In this document: positions 1-8,740 of the stretch, in pieces | Numbering within the stretch: the stretch's first letter is position 1 | Layout of the letters: each line of letters begins with the position of its first letter | Virus record (IMG/VR): IMGVR_UViG_3300042510_001812 | Direction: 5' to 3' (one strand) | Length of the DNA: 20,000 nucleotides | Origin: an uncultured virus (IMG/VR IMGVR_UViG_3300042510_001812) | Lineage: Duplodnaviria; Heunggongvirae; Uroviricota; Caudoviricetes | Translations under genes and position numbers: made by a program | Notes under the pieces: model-generated | Seen by the model: the letters and a program-made list of their open reading frames with translations, nothing else | Database searches by the model: none | What the model was told of the DNA's origin: nothing

Positions 1-2
1 CT

Positions 3-278
3 GTGACGTCAACAACTGCAACCCTAAGATTCTTGCCCCTATCTGTTCCTGGGGGCGGAGACGGCGGCGGAATTATCTCCAACTACCAATATGCGCTGTC
101 AACAGATGGGACAACATATGACCCATACGTTGCCCTGTCTCCCCCAAAGGGTAGCCCGCCAATAACCATAACCGGTCTAAGCAGTTCGACAAACTACTAC
201 GTCAAGCTCAAGGCAGTTAACGAGGCTGGTGTCAGTGCTGTTGAATCTACACCAGTGACCTTCACGACTTCAGCATAA
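3..278 (+). CDS. 3' end of a fibronectin type III (Fn3) domain protein, probably a virion structural protein; truncated by the window edge
   Basis: Fn3 signature GG..ISNYQYALSTDG...SPPITITGLSSSTNYYVKLKAVNEAGVS. The frame is open from the window start. Confidence 0.75.
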   Translation: MTSTTATLRFLPLSVPGGGDGGGIISNYQYALSTDGTTYDPYVALSPPKGSPPITITGLSSSTNYYVKLKAVNEAGVSAVESTPVTFTTSA

Positions 279-285
279 ATAAAAA

Positions 286-314
286 TGATAAACTTTTCAC
301 TTAATAATAAGGAG
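286..314 (+). promoter_or_regulatory. Candidate extended -10 (TGaTAAACT, 286-294) and Shine-Dalgarno AAGGAG (309-314) for the 323 gene
   Basis: Read directly in the 279-322 intergenic gap. The SD is 8 nt before the ATG. The promoter call rests on pattern only. Confidence 0.5.
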
Positions 315-322
315 ATTTAAAA

Positions 323-1465
323 ATGGCTGGCTCAGGAATCAGAGTATTCGCTTCTGGAGAAATACTCACCGCAGCACAAGTTAATGGCTACCTCATGGAC
401 CAGGCTGTTGCCCGTTTTGCTGACGCCGGTACGCGTGACGCCTCATTTGGCGGTGCTGGCCAGCCGGTCCTGACAGAGGGCCGTATTTGTTACCTCGATG
501 ATGTCAACTTAATTCAATTTTATGACGGAGCTTCATGGGTCAGCTCCTCCCAGTTTACCGTGGGCGATGGAACAATTACAGAAGCAAAATTAGCTGCGAA
601 CTCCGTAACATCTGACAAAATCGCTCCAGGAACAGTCATTGCAGCCGATATTGCTGCTGGAACGATTACGGCAACGGAACTAGCAGATGGCGCTGTCACG
701 TCAGGAAAGATTCTTGACGGAACTATTGTCAATGCAGATATAAATGCTTCTGCTGCAATTGCATTATCAAAACTAGCCACAAGCACAGCTGGGAACATAA
801 TTGTCTATAACTCTTCAGGTGTACCAACCGCAGTAGCTGAAACTGGAGACGTAACAATCTCGGATACTGGAGTTACCGCAATCGCATCTGGTGTCATTGT
901 TGATGCCGACATCAATTCCTCAGCAGCTATTGCCGATACCAAACTAGCGACAATTTCGACGGCAGGAAAAGTTTCAAACTCTGCGACAACAGCAACAAGC
1001 GCGAATACGAACTCAGCGATTGTCGCTCGTGACGCCAGTGGAAACTTTTCTGCTGGGGCCGTATCAGCAACCAGTGCATCAGTATCAGGAAGATTTGATG
1101 GAACATCAATTAGAGAAGTTGTCTTAGATGCTTCGGTTTCTGCAAGCGTTGTTACAGCAGACTACTCAACTGGTGATATCTTCTATGTTGGTACAGCACC
1201 TTCAAGTAACTTTACGGTGAACCTGACTAATGCACCAACAGACAATGGAAAAGCAATTACGGTCGTTATTTTCGTAACACAGGGTGCAACTGGCTACATA
1301 CCGAATGCTGTTCAAGTTGCTGGAGCTGGTCAGACAATAAAGTGGGCAAATAGTGCCGCACCTGTACCAACATCTTCTGCCGGAAAGATAGACATCTTTT
1401 CATTTACGTTCATACGTCGTAGTTCTGCGTGGACCGTATTTGGTAGCTCAAACCTAGGTTACTAA
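323..1465 (+). CDS. Phage tail fibre / minor tail protein (380 aa)
   Basis: N-terminus (VFASGEILTAAQVNGYLMDQAV..F.....RD...LTEGRICYL....QFYDGASW) of a type common in phage minor tail proteins. Fibre-shaft repeats (GTIT.A.LA.GAVTS.KI.DGTIVNADI). C-terminal beta domain ending IDIFSFTF....W.VFG. Strong SD. Confidence 0.75.
   Translation: MAGSGIRVFASGEILTAAQVNGYLMDQAVARFADAGTRDASFGGAGQPVLTEGRICYLDDVNLIQFYDGASWVSSSQFTVGDGTITEAKLAANSVTSDKIAPGTVIAADIAAGTITATELADGAVTSGKILDGTIVNADINASAAIALSKLATSTAGNIIVYNSSGVPTAVAETGDVTISDTGVTAIASGVIVDADINSSAAIADTKLATISTAGKVSNSATTATSANTNSAIVARDASGNFSAGAVSATSASVSGRFDGTSIREVVLDASVSASVVTADYSTGDIFYVGTAPSSNFTVNLTNAPTDNGKAITVVIFVTQGATGYIPNAVQVAGAGQTIKWANSAAPVPTSSAGKIDIFSFTFIRRSSAWTVFGSSNLGY
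716..913 (+). repeat. 66-codon fibre module, copy 1 (inverted homologue of 18005-18202)
   Basis: DGTIVNADINASAAIALSKLATSTAGNIIVYNSSGVPTAVAETGDVTISDTGVTAIASGVIVDADI. Manual alignment to copy 2 gives 61/66 identical aa and 146/198 identical nt. Confidence 0.92.
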
Positions 1466-1466
1466 T

Positions 1467-2465
1467 ATGCCGTTTTTGGCTTCTGTTTCAGCTAGACAAG
1501 GCGGTTTTTTGCTCGCCAATGCTGCGAAGCTTCCTGCCCCGACATTTGGTGCGTCAACCGGAACTTCAGGCGGCTACACGTTCTCCATATCAAATTACGA
1601 CGCGACAATAACATATTCATTTTCCGTATCAAACGGTGGTAGCGCATCGCAGGTCGGTGGAGCTGTTACGGTAACTGGTCTTGGCAATAACGTCACTGCA
1701 ACATGTACTGTTACCGTCAACAAAAATGGCTGGTTAACAAACTCATCCAGCACAACTGGCACTTCTTTCTCCCAGCTAGCAACTCCGACATTTGGTGCGT
1801 CAACCGGAACTTCAGGCGGCTACACGTTCTCTATTTCAAACTACAGCGCTCTTAATACATATGCATTCTCTGTAACGAATGGAGGAAGCGCTACACAGTC
1901 ATCAGGGACGGTTACTGTTACAGGACTTGCCAACGCAACAACTGCAACATGTACGGTGAATGTAAGTAGAATCGGATTTGTTGCAAACTCAGCCAACACA
2001 ACAGGAACATCATTCTCTCAGCTTGCAACGCCAACATATGGTAGTTATGCCATTGGAGCAGACCCAGGAAGATTTAAGTTTAGAGTTTCTATAGCAAACT
2101 ATGATGCGCTAAACACATACACTGTTAGCGTAAGTGCTGGCTCCTTTACTCGTTCTGCTGCGGCAATCACTGTTACCGGATTGTCGGATAGTCAATCTTC
2201 TACTGTATTTGTAACCGCAAGTCGTTCTGGGTTTGCAACCAGCACTCAGGCTTCAGAAGCATTTTCCGCACCAGGAACTCCATGTACTGCTGGAACCTTC
2301 TTATCTGGGCCTAAGTACTTTAATACATTCGGTGGTGTGGTTAATGGTTGTGCCTATAACGATGTATGCGATGGGAACTATGGCATTGTTCTATCGTTCG
2401 TCAGTGGTCCATGCGCAACATTGAGCGGTGGAGACTACTGTAGTGGATGCTCCCCAGCATACTAG
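1467..2465 (+). CDS. Putative fibre-tip/adhesin protein: three ~82-aa Fn3/Ig-like repeats plus a Cys-rich C-terminal tail (332 aa)
   Basis: Separated from the fibre stop by 1 nt. Repeats PT(F/Y)G...F.ISNYD...Y..SV..G......TVTGL.....T..V.....G(W/F) start at 1539, 1785 and 2031. Six Cys in the last ~60 aa. Confidence 0.7.
   Translation: MPFLASVSARQGGFLLANAAKLPAPTFGASTGTSGGYTFSISNYDATITYSFSVSNGGSASQVGGAVTVTGLGNNVTATCTVTVNKNGWLTNSSSTTGTSFSQLATPTFGASTGTSGGYTFSISNYSALNTYAFSVTNGGSATQSSGTVTVTGLANATTATCTVNVSRIGFVANSANTTGTSFSQLATPTYGSYAIGADPGRFKFRVSIANYDALNTYTVSVSAGSFTRSAAAITVTGLSDSQSSTVFVTASRSGFATSTQASEAFSAPGTPCTAGTFLSGPKYFNTFGGVVNGCAYNDVCDGNYGIVLSFVSGPCATLSGGDYCSGCSPAY
1539..2270 (+). repeat. Intragenic tandem repeat, 246-nt period, 3 units; exact 47-nt duplication at 1539-1585 and 1785-1831
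   Basis: ccgacatttggtgcgtcaaccggaacttcaggcggctacacgttctc occurs twice, 246 nt apart. The third unit (from 2031) is more diverged. Confidence 0.9.
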
Positions 2466-2496
2466 AAGATAGTATGCTTTTGATTAAGGAGAAATT

Positions 2497-2709
2497 ATGA
2501 GCGATAGCAAGCAGGAATTTAAACATTTTGCTTTTGTGGTTGATGGAGTAGTTGTTGAGATAATGTCAATTGCATCTAGTCCAGAGTGGAATAACTTTAA
2601 TGAACTATATTCGTCAAGGCCGACAATCATTGAAGTTCCCGCAAGCCTTGAAGAATTTGGAAAAGGTTATAGGTGGGATGGAGAAAACTTTAGCCCTCCA
2701 ACAGAATAA
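2497..2709 (+). CDS. Small phage protein (70 aa), possibly tail-fibre associated or a chaperone
   Basis: SD AAGGAG at 2486-2491. Pattern FAFVVDGVV...GYRWDGENF.PP resembles small proteins found after phage fibre genes. Confidence 0.6.
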   Translation: MSDSKQEFKHFAFVVDGVVVEIMSIASSPEWNNFNELYSSRPTIIEVPASLEEFGKGYRWDGENFSPPTE

Positions 2710-2933
2710 TGACACCTTGGCAGGAGTATAAGAAGAAACTTGGAGAAACACGTCCCTGGGATGTAGTTAATCTAAAAAACCATACAACAGAAGAAGAAGC
2801 AAATTCTCGACTTGCTGTATGCGAAGTATGTCCAAGCCTGTTAAAACTCACCCACCAATGCAAAGAGTGTGGTTGCTTTATGAAAATCAAAGTTAAATTG
2901 AAAGCCGCAACATGCCCACTAGGTAAGTGGTGA
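2709..2933 (+). CDS. Small Cys-rich putative Zn-binding protein, DUF6171-like (74 aa)
   Basis: RLAVCEVCP...CKECGCFM..K..L..ATCPLGKW. TAATG coupling to the upstream gene. Confidence 0.7.
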   Translation: MTPWQEYKKKLGETRPWDVVNLKNHTTEEEANSRLAVCEVCPSLLKLTHQCKECGCFMKIKVKLKAATCPLGKW

Positions 2934-2977
2934 TATTTAATTTTTAGACAAAATAATCTAAATAAAAATGAATTGTC

Positions 2978-3976
2978 ATGGACACTTATTCTACAAATTG
3001 GAAAAATCAACTAAATAGCAATAATAGAATATTTGTATCAATAGCTTCTTTAAATGAAGAAGACCTGCTAAATACAGTAAAAAATATTTATGAAAAAGCA
3101 GATAATCCAGATGGTGTAAGAATCGGAATTTGCAATCAAAAAACAATTGGAAGTTTTGAAGATTTTTCAAATTTTAAAAATGTAAAAACTATAAATATAA
3201 GCCACCCACTAATTCGTGGGATTGGAATTGCTAGATGTGAATCACTATGGTTGTGGGGCGGTGAGAAATACATCCTTCAGGTTGATGCACACAGCCGATT
3301 TGTCGAATCTTGGGATTCAAAACTTATCAGCTGGTATAAAAAACTTGAATGCATAAACAAGAATATAATTATTTCTCAACGCCCATCTGCTTTCACAAAA
3401 AATAAAAATGGGGTTATTAGTTATGATACGAATCTTCCAAGCGTTGAAAAGTTAAGAGAATTTCAAATTATTGATGCAATAGAAAAATTTACAAATACAA
3501 AATTTTCAAATGAATATCGAACTTCAATTTCATCAAAAATAGAGCATAATTTTATAAGTGAAGATTTCATAGAGCATTATCTTGTTGCTGGTGGATTTAT
3601 ATTTTCAACATGGAAATTCTTTACAGAAGTCATGCCGGACCCGAGAATACAATTTTTCGGAGAAGAGCACACTATCCCGATGAGAGCTTTTTCACGCGGA
3701 TATTCAATCTATGCAATAAACGATATTATTATCCACACCCTTGAAAAAACAGATGAATACCTGGATTCCGATATTGCACGGGATGTTTGGCATAACATCT
3801 TCAATGCAGATATTGCATGCACTACCTATCTACACTTTATTGACTATTATAAGAACATACTTACAGCAGGCGAGCTAGGCTATTATGGGGCCACTGATAT
3901 GGAAACATACAATGAATATGTAGATAAACTGGGATTTGATTATAGGAATATAAGTGGAATTGAGTTTTATGACTGA
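2978..3976 (+). CDS. GT-A glycosyltransferase, [Skp1]-hydroxyproline N-acetylglucosaminyltransferase (Gnt1/GT60, Pfam GlcNAc)-like
   Basis: IFVSIAS...L..TV..IYEKADNP..VRIGICNQ; GIGIAR......GEKYILQVDAHSRF...WD (DxH motif); AGGFIFS...F..EV..DP...FFGEE.....RAF.RGY.IY. Confidence 0.8.
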   Translation: MDTYSTNWKNQLNSNNRIFVSIASLNEEDLLNTVKNIYEKADNPDGVRIGICNQKTIGSFEDFSNFKNVKTINISHPLIRGIGIARCESLWLWGGEKYILQVDAHSRFVESWDSKLISWYKKLECINKNIIISQRPSAFTKNKNGVISYDTNLPSVEKLREFQIIDAIEKFTNTKFSNEYRTSISSKIEHNFISEDFIEHYLVAGGFIFSTWKFFTEVMPDPRIQFFGEEHTIPMRAFSRGYSIYAINDIIIHTLEKTDEYLDSDIARDVWHNIFNADIACTTYLHFIDYYKNILTAGELGYYGATDMETYNEYVDKLGFDYRNISGIEFYD

Positions 3977-4526
3977 AATGATTGGAAGAGACGGCTCTGA
4001 CATATTCCTTTGTAGTGGCTTGTTTGATAAAGAAGAAATAAGAGAAATACTTGATTTCTACATCTTGAATTCTGGTGAAATTCATAACGATGGAAAAATA
4101 TCTGGTGAATTTCAGACTATACAGATATCTGAAAGCAATATAGATATTTCTAAATACGTAATTTCAAAGCTTGAAAAATGTTTGTTTAATATTTTTAGAA
4201 ATACATTTTCCCCAATATCTCTGCCCGACAAGAGGACTTCTATAAAAATTCAGTCAACCGGACAGAGACATCCATTACATAGCGACTCCTCAAAGACAAC
4301 TCATTCCGGGTATAACTATGGAGAGAATCTTGCCTATTCAGGAATTTTATCAATGTCCGATGACTACACGGGAGGCGAGGTTAACTTTCCTGGAGACAAA
4401 GCTTTTGCAAGGCTGGGTGCTGGCGATGCAATTTTTTTCCCATCACAAAAACATATTCACCAAGTAGAAATGGTTGATTCTGGAAAAAGATTTACATTCT
4501 TGACATTTTGGGAAAATTGTGAATAG
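3969..4526 (+). CDS. 2OG-Fe(II) oxygenase, prolyl-4-hydroxylase-like
   Basis: HSD...DDYTGGEVNF...GDAIFFPS...HQVEMVDSGKRFT (HxD..H..R). ATG 3969 gives an 8-nt overlap with the GT stop; the ORF track starts at 3954. Confidence 0.85.
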   Translation: MTEMIGRDGSDIFLCSGLFDKEEIREILDFYILNSGEIHNDGKISGEFQTIQISESNIDISKYVISKLEKCLFNIFRNTFSPISLPDKRTSIKIQSTGQRHPLHSDSSKTTHSGYNYGENLAYSGILSMSDDYTGGEVNFPGDKAFARLGAGDAIFFPSQKHIHQVEMVDSGKRFTFLTFWENCE

Positions 4527-5559
4527 TGATTTACATAATTCAATATTAGATAAATTAAAAAACACACAAATATCAGATGTTCAAATAGACCCATTTGGGT
4601 ATTGCAATGCAAAGTGCTGGTTTTGCCCTGTTAGTACTCATGGGAATATGCTTGACTACTCCAGGCATATGGATGTTGACGTTTTGGAAAATATACTTTT
4701 TGATATTGACTCTGAAAAATCAAAAGATAACGGAATTATTTCGAAAAGATTAAGGCAGATACACACTGCTCACTATAATGAAATTTTACTCTATAAGCAT
4801 TTTGAGGAATTTTTAATTATTCTTTCAAAATTTAAACTTAAAATGCTCATACTTTCAAATGGGGTAAATTTAACCCCAGAAAAAATAGACATTATAAATA
4901 AGTATAAGGATTCAATCAGTGGAATATATTTAAACATTCCAGCTTTTGAAAGAAGCCTGTGGTCGGAAAGAACCGGAATGAACGAGTTTCTTTTTGATTC
5001 ACTAATATCAAACCTGAAATATGCTGAAGCCAACCTCGTATATTTCACACAGAAAAATTCTTTCTCTATCGGTGTGAATTGCCCTACCTATGATTCTCTT
5101 TCTGAAAACGGAGGAATTATATCGAGCTTAAGCAATTTCCCAAATATTGATTTACGTACAACTGATGGGGAACTGGATGTGCAAATAAAACAAGCAAAAC
5201 TTTTATTCCCGTCCTTAAGGTTTCATCCAGAAACAGATTTGTACGATAGGGCAGGACTGTTGCAAGAGTCTTCGATTATTTCAAATTTGCACTTAATTAA
5301 TAAAAACAATAAAAAATACGTAACCGATTGCAGTTATGGTCCAAAAGGTCGAACTTTCGGATGGCTAAACATAAACAGCAAAGCAGAAACATTCTTATGC
5401 TGTAATGATTTTAAATATGAATATGTATTTGGGAATATGCGCGATTCTAAATTAAGTGAGATTTGGTTTAGCGACAAACATGTAAACACCATTAATTCAT
5501 CATTCAGCGAGATATGTACTAGGTGCATACATTCTGTATGGGCGGACCAGCGTGTATAG
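4519..5559 (+). CDS. Radical SAM enzyme with C-terminal SPASM/Twitch domain
   Basis: CNAKCWFC (CxxxCxxC), YNEILL, SNG. C-terminal DC...LCCND...FGNM....LSEIW...ICTRC. Confidence 0.88.
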   Translation: MNSDLHNSILDKLKNTQISDVQIDPFGYCNAKCWFCPVSTHGNMLDYSRHMDVDVLENILFDIDSEKSKDNGIISKRLRQIHTAHYNEILLYKHFEEFLIILSKFKLKMLILSNGVNLTPEKIDIINKYKDSISGIYLNIPAFERSLWSERTGMNEFLFDSLISNLKYAEANLVYFTQKNSFSIGVNCPTYDSLSENGGIISSLSNFPNIDLRTTDGELDVQIKQAKLLFPSLRFHPETDLYDRAGLLQESSIISNLHLINKNNKKYVTDCSYGPKGRTFGWLNINSKAETFLCCNDFKYEYVFGNMRDSKLSEIWFSDKHVNTINSSFSEICTRCIHSVWADQRV

Positions 5560-6406
5560 CGATTCCATATTTTCAACCACATTCGCAGAAATAGTAAAGA
5601 ATATAGATTACTTTGCAGAATTTTATAGAAAAAATGGAATTCTTGTATTTGAAAAGCTCAACGCATCGGAAGAAGAACAATATGAAATACTCTCGCTTCT
5701 TGGAGACAATCTTGGATTTAATCCAAATTCATCAAATAAAAACGAACTTAAAATCTGGCTTCGTTATGAAGAAAATCATTCCAAGTCTCTTGAGCTGAGA
5801 AATCAATTTGGACCTCACCCACTTGATGATGAAATATTAATACATTGGCACTTAGAGCACATAGAAAACGATGTTCCACAGGTTGCTGCTGCTTGGAATA
5901 TGTTGAAGAATAATGTCTCAAGCCCAAATAATGGCTCTACTGGTTTTGTGAGTTGTTCCTCCGAGAATCTCTCCACACCAGATGAATATATTGACTTCTT
6001 GAATCGGGTGGAAATAAAATGCACCGAAAATACCGGGTGGGAGATGGGATGGGATTCCTCGGATAGAAGGGCCGTGATTACTCACGAGGTGACAGGAAAG
6101 AAAATAATTCGCATCTGCCCGCTTGGACACGTTCAGACGGTTGTGTCATTTGACAGTACAGAACCAACCCGTGAGCATCAAGAAATGATGAACAAAATTA
6201 ATTGGTGGTTTCTTGAAAAAATATGGAAAGATAAGTCAATTCAGTTTTGGTGGGAATGGTCTGTTGGTGACCTTGTAATTCCAGATTTAACACAAATGGC
6301 TCATGCTGTAAAAACAGGTTTTAAACATAATCAACGAAATTTTGTTGGGTACTGGGCCTTCGGTGATGGATATGAAAAAAGAATAAAAAATCCACTAAAT
6401 ACCTAA
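5552..6406 (+). CDS. TauD/TfdA (clavaminate-synthase-like) 2OG-Fe(II) dioxygenase
   Basis: GILVF.K, WHLEH (HxE), H.VTGKK, W.WSVGDLVI.D...MAHA...R. Paralogue of 15458-16279. Confidence 0.8.
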   Translation: MYSDSIFSTTFAEIVKNIDYFAEFYRKNGILVFEKLNASEEEQYEILSLLGDNLGFNPNSSNKNELKIWLRYEENHSKSLELRNQFGPHPLDDEILIHWHLEHIENDVPQVAAAWNMLKNNVSSPNNGSTGFVSCSSENLSTPDEYIDFLNRVEIKCTENTGWEMGWDSSDRRAVITHEVTGKKIIRICPLGHVQTVVSFDSTEPTREHQEMMNKINWWFLEKIWKDKSIQFWWEWSVGDLVIPDLTQMAHAVKTGFKHNQRNFVGYWAFGDGYEKRIKNPLNT

Positions 6407-7177
6407 CAGTGTTCCAACTGGTACGTACCCGAAATCAAGACCTTCAACTTTTTCAACATCTTTTTTTAAATTAACAAGCCATTTAAAATCTGCATCTTCT
6501 TTTCTCATTGAGTCGTAATCAAAGTGCTCTAATCCATGACAAAACCATGACAGATACGAATACCTGACTCCAGAGGTAACTGGAAGTATCTCGTGTGCAC
6601 CAATGTACGATGAAGGGTATACTGTCACCGAACCAACTTTACCCTTGTGCGTAATCCCCCATGTTTTAAACTTTAACTCCCCGCCATCGTAGTTATCGTT
6701 TAGTGCAACCGTCGTCGTGAGTGTGTTGTATAGCGGGAAAATGTGAAGCGGGTTATAGGTATCCCCATCATATGGAAGCCCACAATCAGAATGTGAACCT
6801 ATGTACTGCCCGGGTTCATACCTTGCAATATGCCCATTTGTTCTCCATGTTAATTCAGAAATAGAAACAGGAAAAACTCTTGCGTACAGGACAACGGCAG
6901 AGTATATGGCATCGTCAATTAATTTTCTTATTAAATCATCCTCTTCTGTCTTGCCATCGTATTGAAAGTTATCAAAGCGTGTAGGTCTGGTATCAACTGA
7001 ATTTTTTGAAAATTCGTACCCACCCTGATTTAGCTCTACTGAATCGTCCACCTCAATGTAGGCCTGCGGACTAGAACCTGCCTCAATTCTTTCCAACCAC
7101 GCAAGACTCCTCTTGTTATCCAAATCCAGCAATCCGTCAATAGCTAAAATTCCATTTCCAAGATGACGAACATTCAC
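6395..7177 (-). CDS. 2OG-Fe(II) oxygenase, P4H-like (260 aa)
   Basis: RYEPGQYIGSHSD, LNDNYDGGELKF, YPSSYIGAHEILPVTSGVRYSYLSWF. Confidence 0.88.
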   Translation of the reverse strand: MNVRHLGNGILAIDGLLDLDNKRSLAWLERIEAGSSPQAYIEVDDSVELNQGGYEFSKNSVDTRPTRFDNFQYDGKTEEDDLIRKLIDDAIYSAVVLYARVFPVSISELTWRTNGHIARYEPGQYIGSHSDCGLPYDGDTYNPLHIFPLYNTLTTTVALNDNYDGGELKFKTWGITHKGKVGSVTVYPSSYIGAHEILPVTSGVRYSYLSWFCHGLEHFDYDSMRKEDADFKWLVNLKKDVEKVEGLDFGYVPVGTLLGI

Positions 7178-8040
7178 GAATGCATGCTTTCGACCAAAGA
7201 CAGGGCAAGGGCCGGTGCCTTTGCACCAAGTGTTTCCAAATAATTTTTAAAATCTTTTCGTAAATTCGGCATATAAACGTTTGTTGAAAGATTGGCAATT
7301 TGAGGATTTTCTATAGGGTCTATTATTACTTCGTTTAGTTCAACATTTGGGCTACCGTGGGAGTACCAACCAAGATAGGTGTACCTATTCCCGCTGGTAA
7401 CCGGTTTCACTTCATGAGCAGCAATGTAATTTGAAGGAAACATCATTATGTCTCCGGTTTTTGGTTTATATTCGATGTCCAAGTAGTTAAAATAATGCTC
7501 TCCACCACTGAAATCTTCGTTTAAATATACGATACAAGAAATTGTATTCCTTGTAGCAATCTGGTCGGATGGTTCAGGCATGCCATACGTGTAATCGGCA
7601 CTAGTATCGGAGTGTTGTCCAAGAAAAGTTCCACCATGTTCTACCGAGTATGAAACAATATGGCCTTTTACCTTCCACCAGACATTCTTGTAGGCAAGTG
7701 GAAAAAGAACGAAATACTTTAATAGATATAAATCTTTCGATTTTTCAATGAAGTGTAGGAAAGTTTTAATTTCTTCATCCTCTACTCCATGTATTCTAGA
7801 TGCACGTCTTGGCATCTCGTTGACCCCATCTGCGTCAAAATAGTATCCGCTCCTGTTCAGGAATAAAATTGCCCCTGTCTCCGGGTCAATTGCCTCTGTG
7901 TACATTTCTGAACGTTCACGACTAACTTGTTTTTCAGCAAATGAACAAGCCCATTCAGAATCAAATGTTATTGCATTCTCGAATAAGACCACACCACCAC
8001 CAAGATGTTTTGCATCGACATCATTGAACAAATAGTTCAT
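7174..8040 (-). CDS. 2OG-Fe(II) oxygenase, P4H-like (288 aa)
   Basis: HSD, YLNEDFSGGEHYF, FPSNYIAAHEVKPVTSGNRYTYLGWY. Confidence 0.88.
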   Translation of the reverse strand: MNYLFNDVDAKHLGGGVVLFENAITFDSEWACSFAEKQVSRERSEMYTEAIDPETGAILFLNRSGYYFDADGVNEMPRRASRIHGVEDEEIKTFLHFIEKSKDLYLLKYFVLFPLAYKNVWWKVKGHIVSYSVEHGGTFLGQHSDTSADYTYGMPEPSDQIATRNTISCIVYLNEDFSGGEHYFNYLDIEYKPKTGDIMMFPSNYIAAHEVKPVTSGNRYTYLGWYSHGSPNVELNEVIIDPIENPQIANLSTNVYMPNLRKDFKNYLETLGAKAPALALSLVESMHS

Positions 8041-8735
8041 ACCTTTTCCATAACAATAACCTCTGCTGTCTCCGTATACCTGTCATCTCCCCATTGCCTG
8101 ACGGTTATAATCTCAACATTTTTTATAATATTTTTATTGGACATATTACGCACCTCTTCTTCGTATCCCTGTTCAGAGTAAGCCGAGGAATTCACACTAA
8201 TAATCGCCAAGCCCCCGGACCTCAGCGTGGAAAGTACGTTTATTATATTCTCTGGCCCAAGATGGAGTTTAGTAAAAACACCTGAGCTCAGAGCTGCATC
8301 ATATTTATTGTAAAGCTCTTTATTTTCTTCTTTTATGTTTCCAATAAACAAATTTTCATAAATGGATTCATTCGTTGGCCTAAGAGACTGTCTTGATAAT
8401 TTTTTAATTTGTTCGAATTTTTCGCTTGTCGTCTTAATCATTTCTTCAGAAATATCAATTCCATCAAGGCCGATGTTGGATTGATTTTTTAGCAGATTGA
8501 TTCCAATTGCTCCAGTTCCGCATCCAATATCAATACAGTTGGATGAATTCAAATGTTTTAATTTTTGAATAGCTATTTTTACTACATTTTCCGCTAGGGC
8601 ATAATTTGTTTTATCAATAAAAGCATCATACGATGAAGCTTGACTATCGTAAAATGCTGCAACGAATTCATCTCCGTCTTCCTGATACATTTCCAGGGCA
8701 ATGTATAGACTCTCAACTTCGTCCGGTATTTTCAT
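8037..8735 (-). CDS. Class I SAM-dependent methyltransferase (METTL27/WBSCR27-like)
   Basis: FYD..ASSYD, motif I IDIGCGTG, DGIDISEEM, YDAALSSGVF...H, LRSGG. Confidence 0.85.
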   Translation of the reverse strand: MKIPDEVESLYIALEMYQEDGDEFVAAFYDSQASSYDAFIDKTNYALAENVVKIAIQKLKHLNSSNCIDIGCGTGAIGINLLKNQSNIGLDGIDISEEMIKTTSEKFEQIKKLSRQSLRPTNESIYENLFIGNIKEENKELYNKYDAALSSGVFTKLHLGPENIINVLSTLRSGGLAIISVNSSAYSEQGYEEEVRNMSNKNIIKNVEIITVRQWGDDRYTETAEVIVMEKV

Positions 8736-8740
8736 GGTAA

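Noticed and set aside
1539..1831. Diversity-generating retroelement TR/VR pair or CRISPR repeat
   Set aside because: Both copies are in-frame parts of protein repeats 246 nt apart. There is no adenine-specific mismatch pattern, reverse transcriptase or cas gene.
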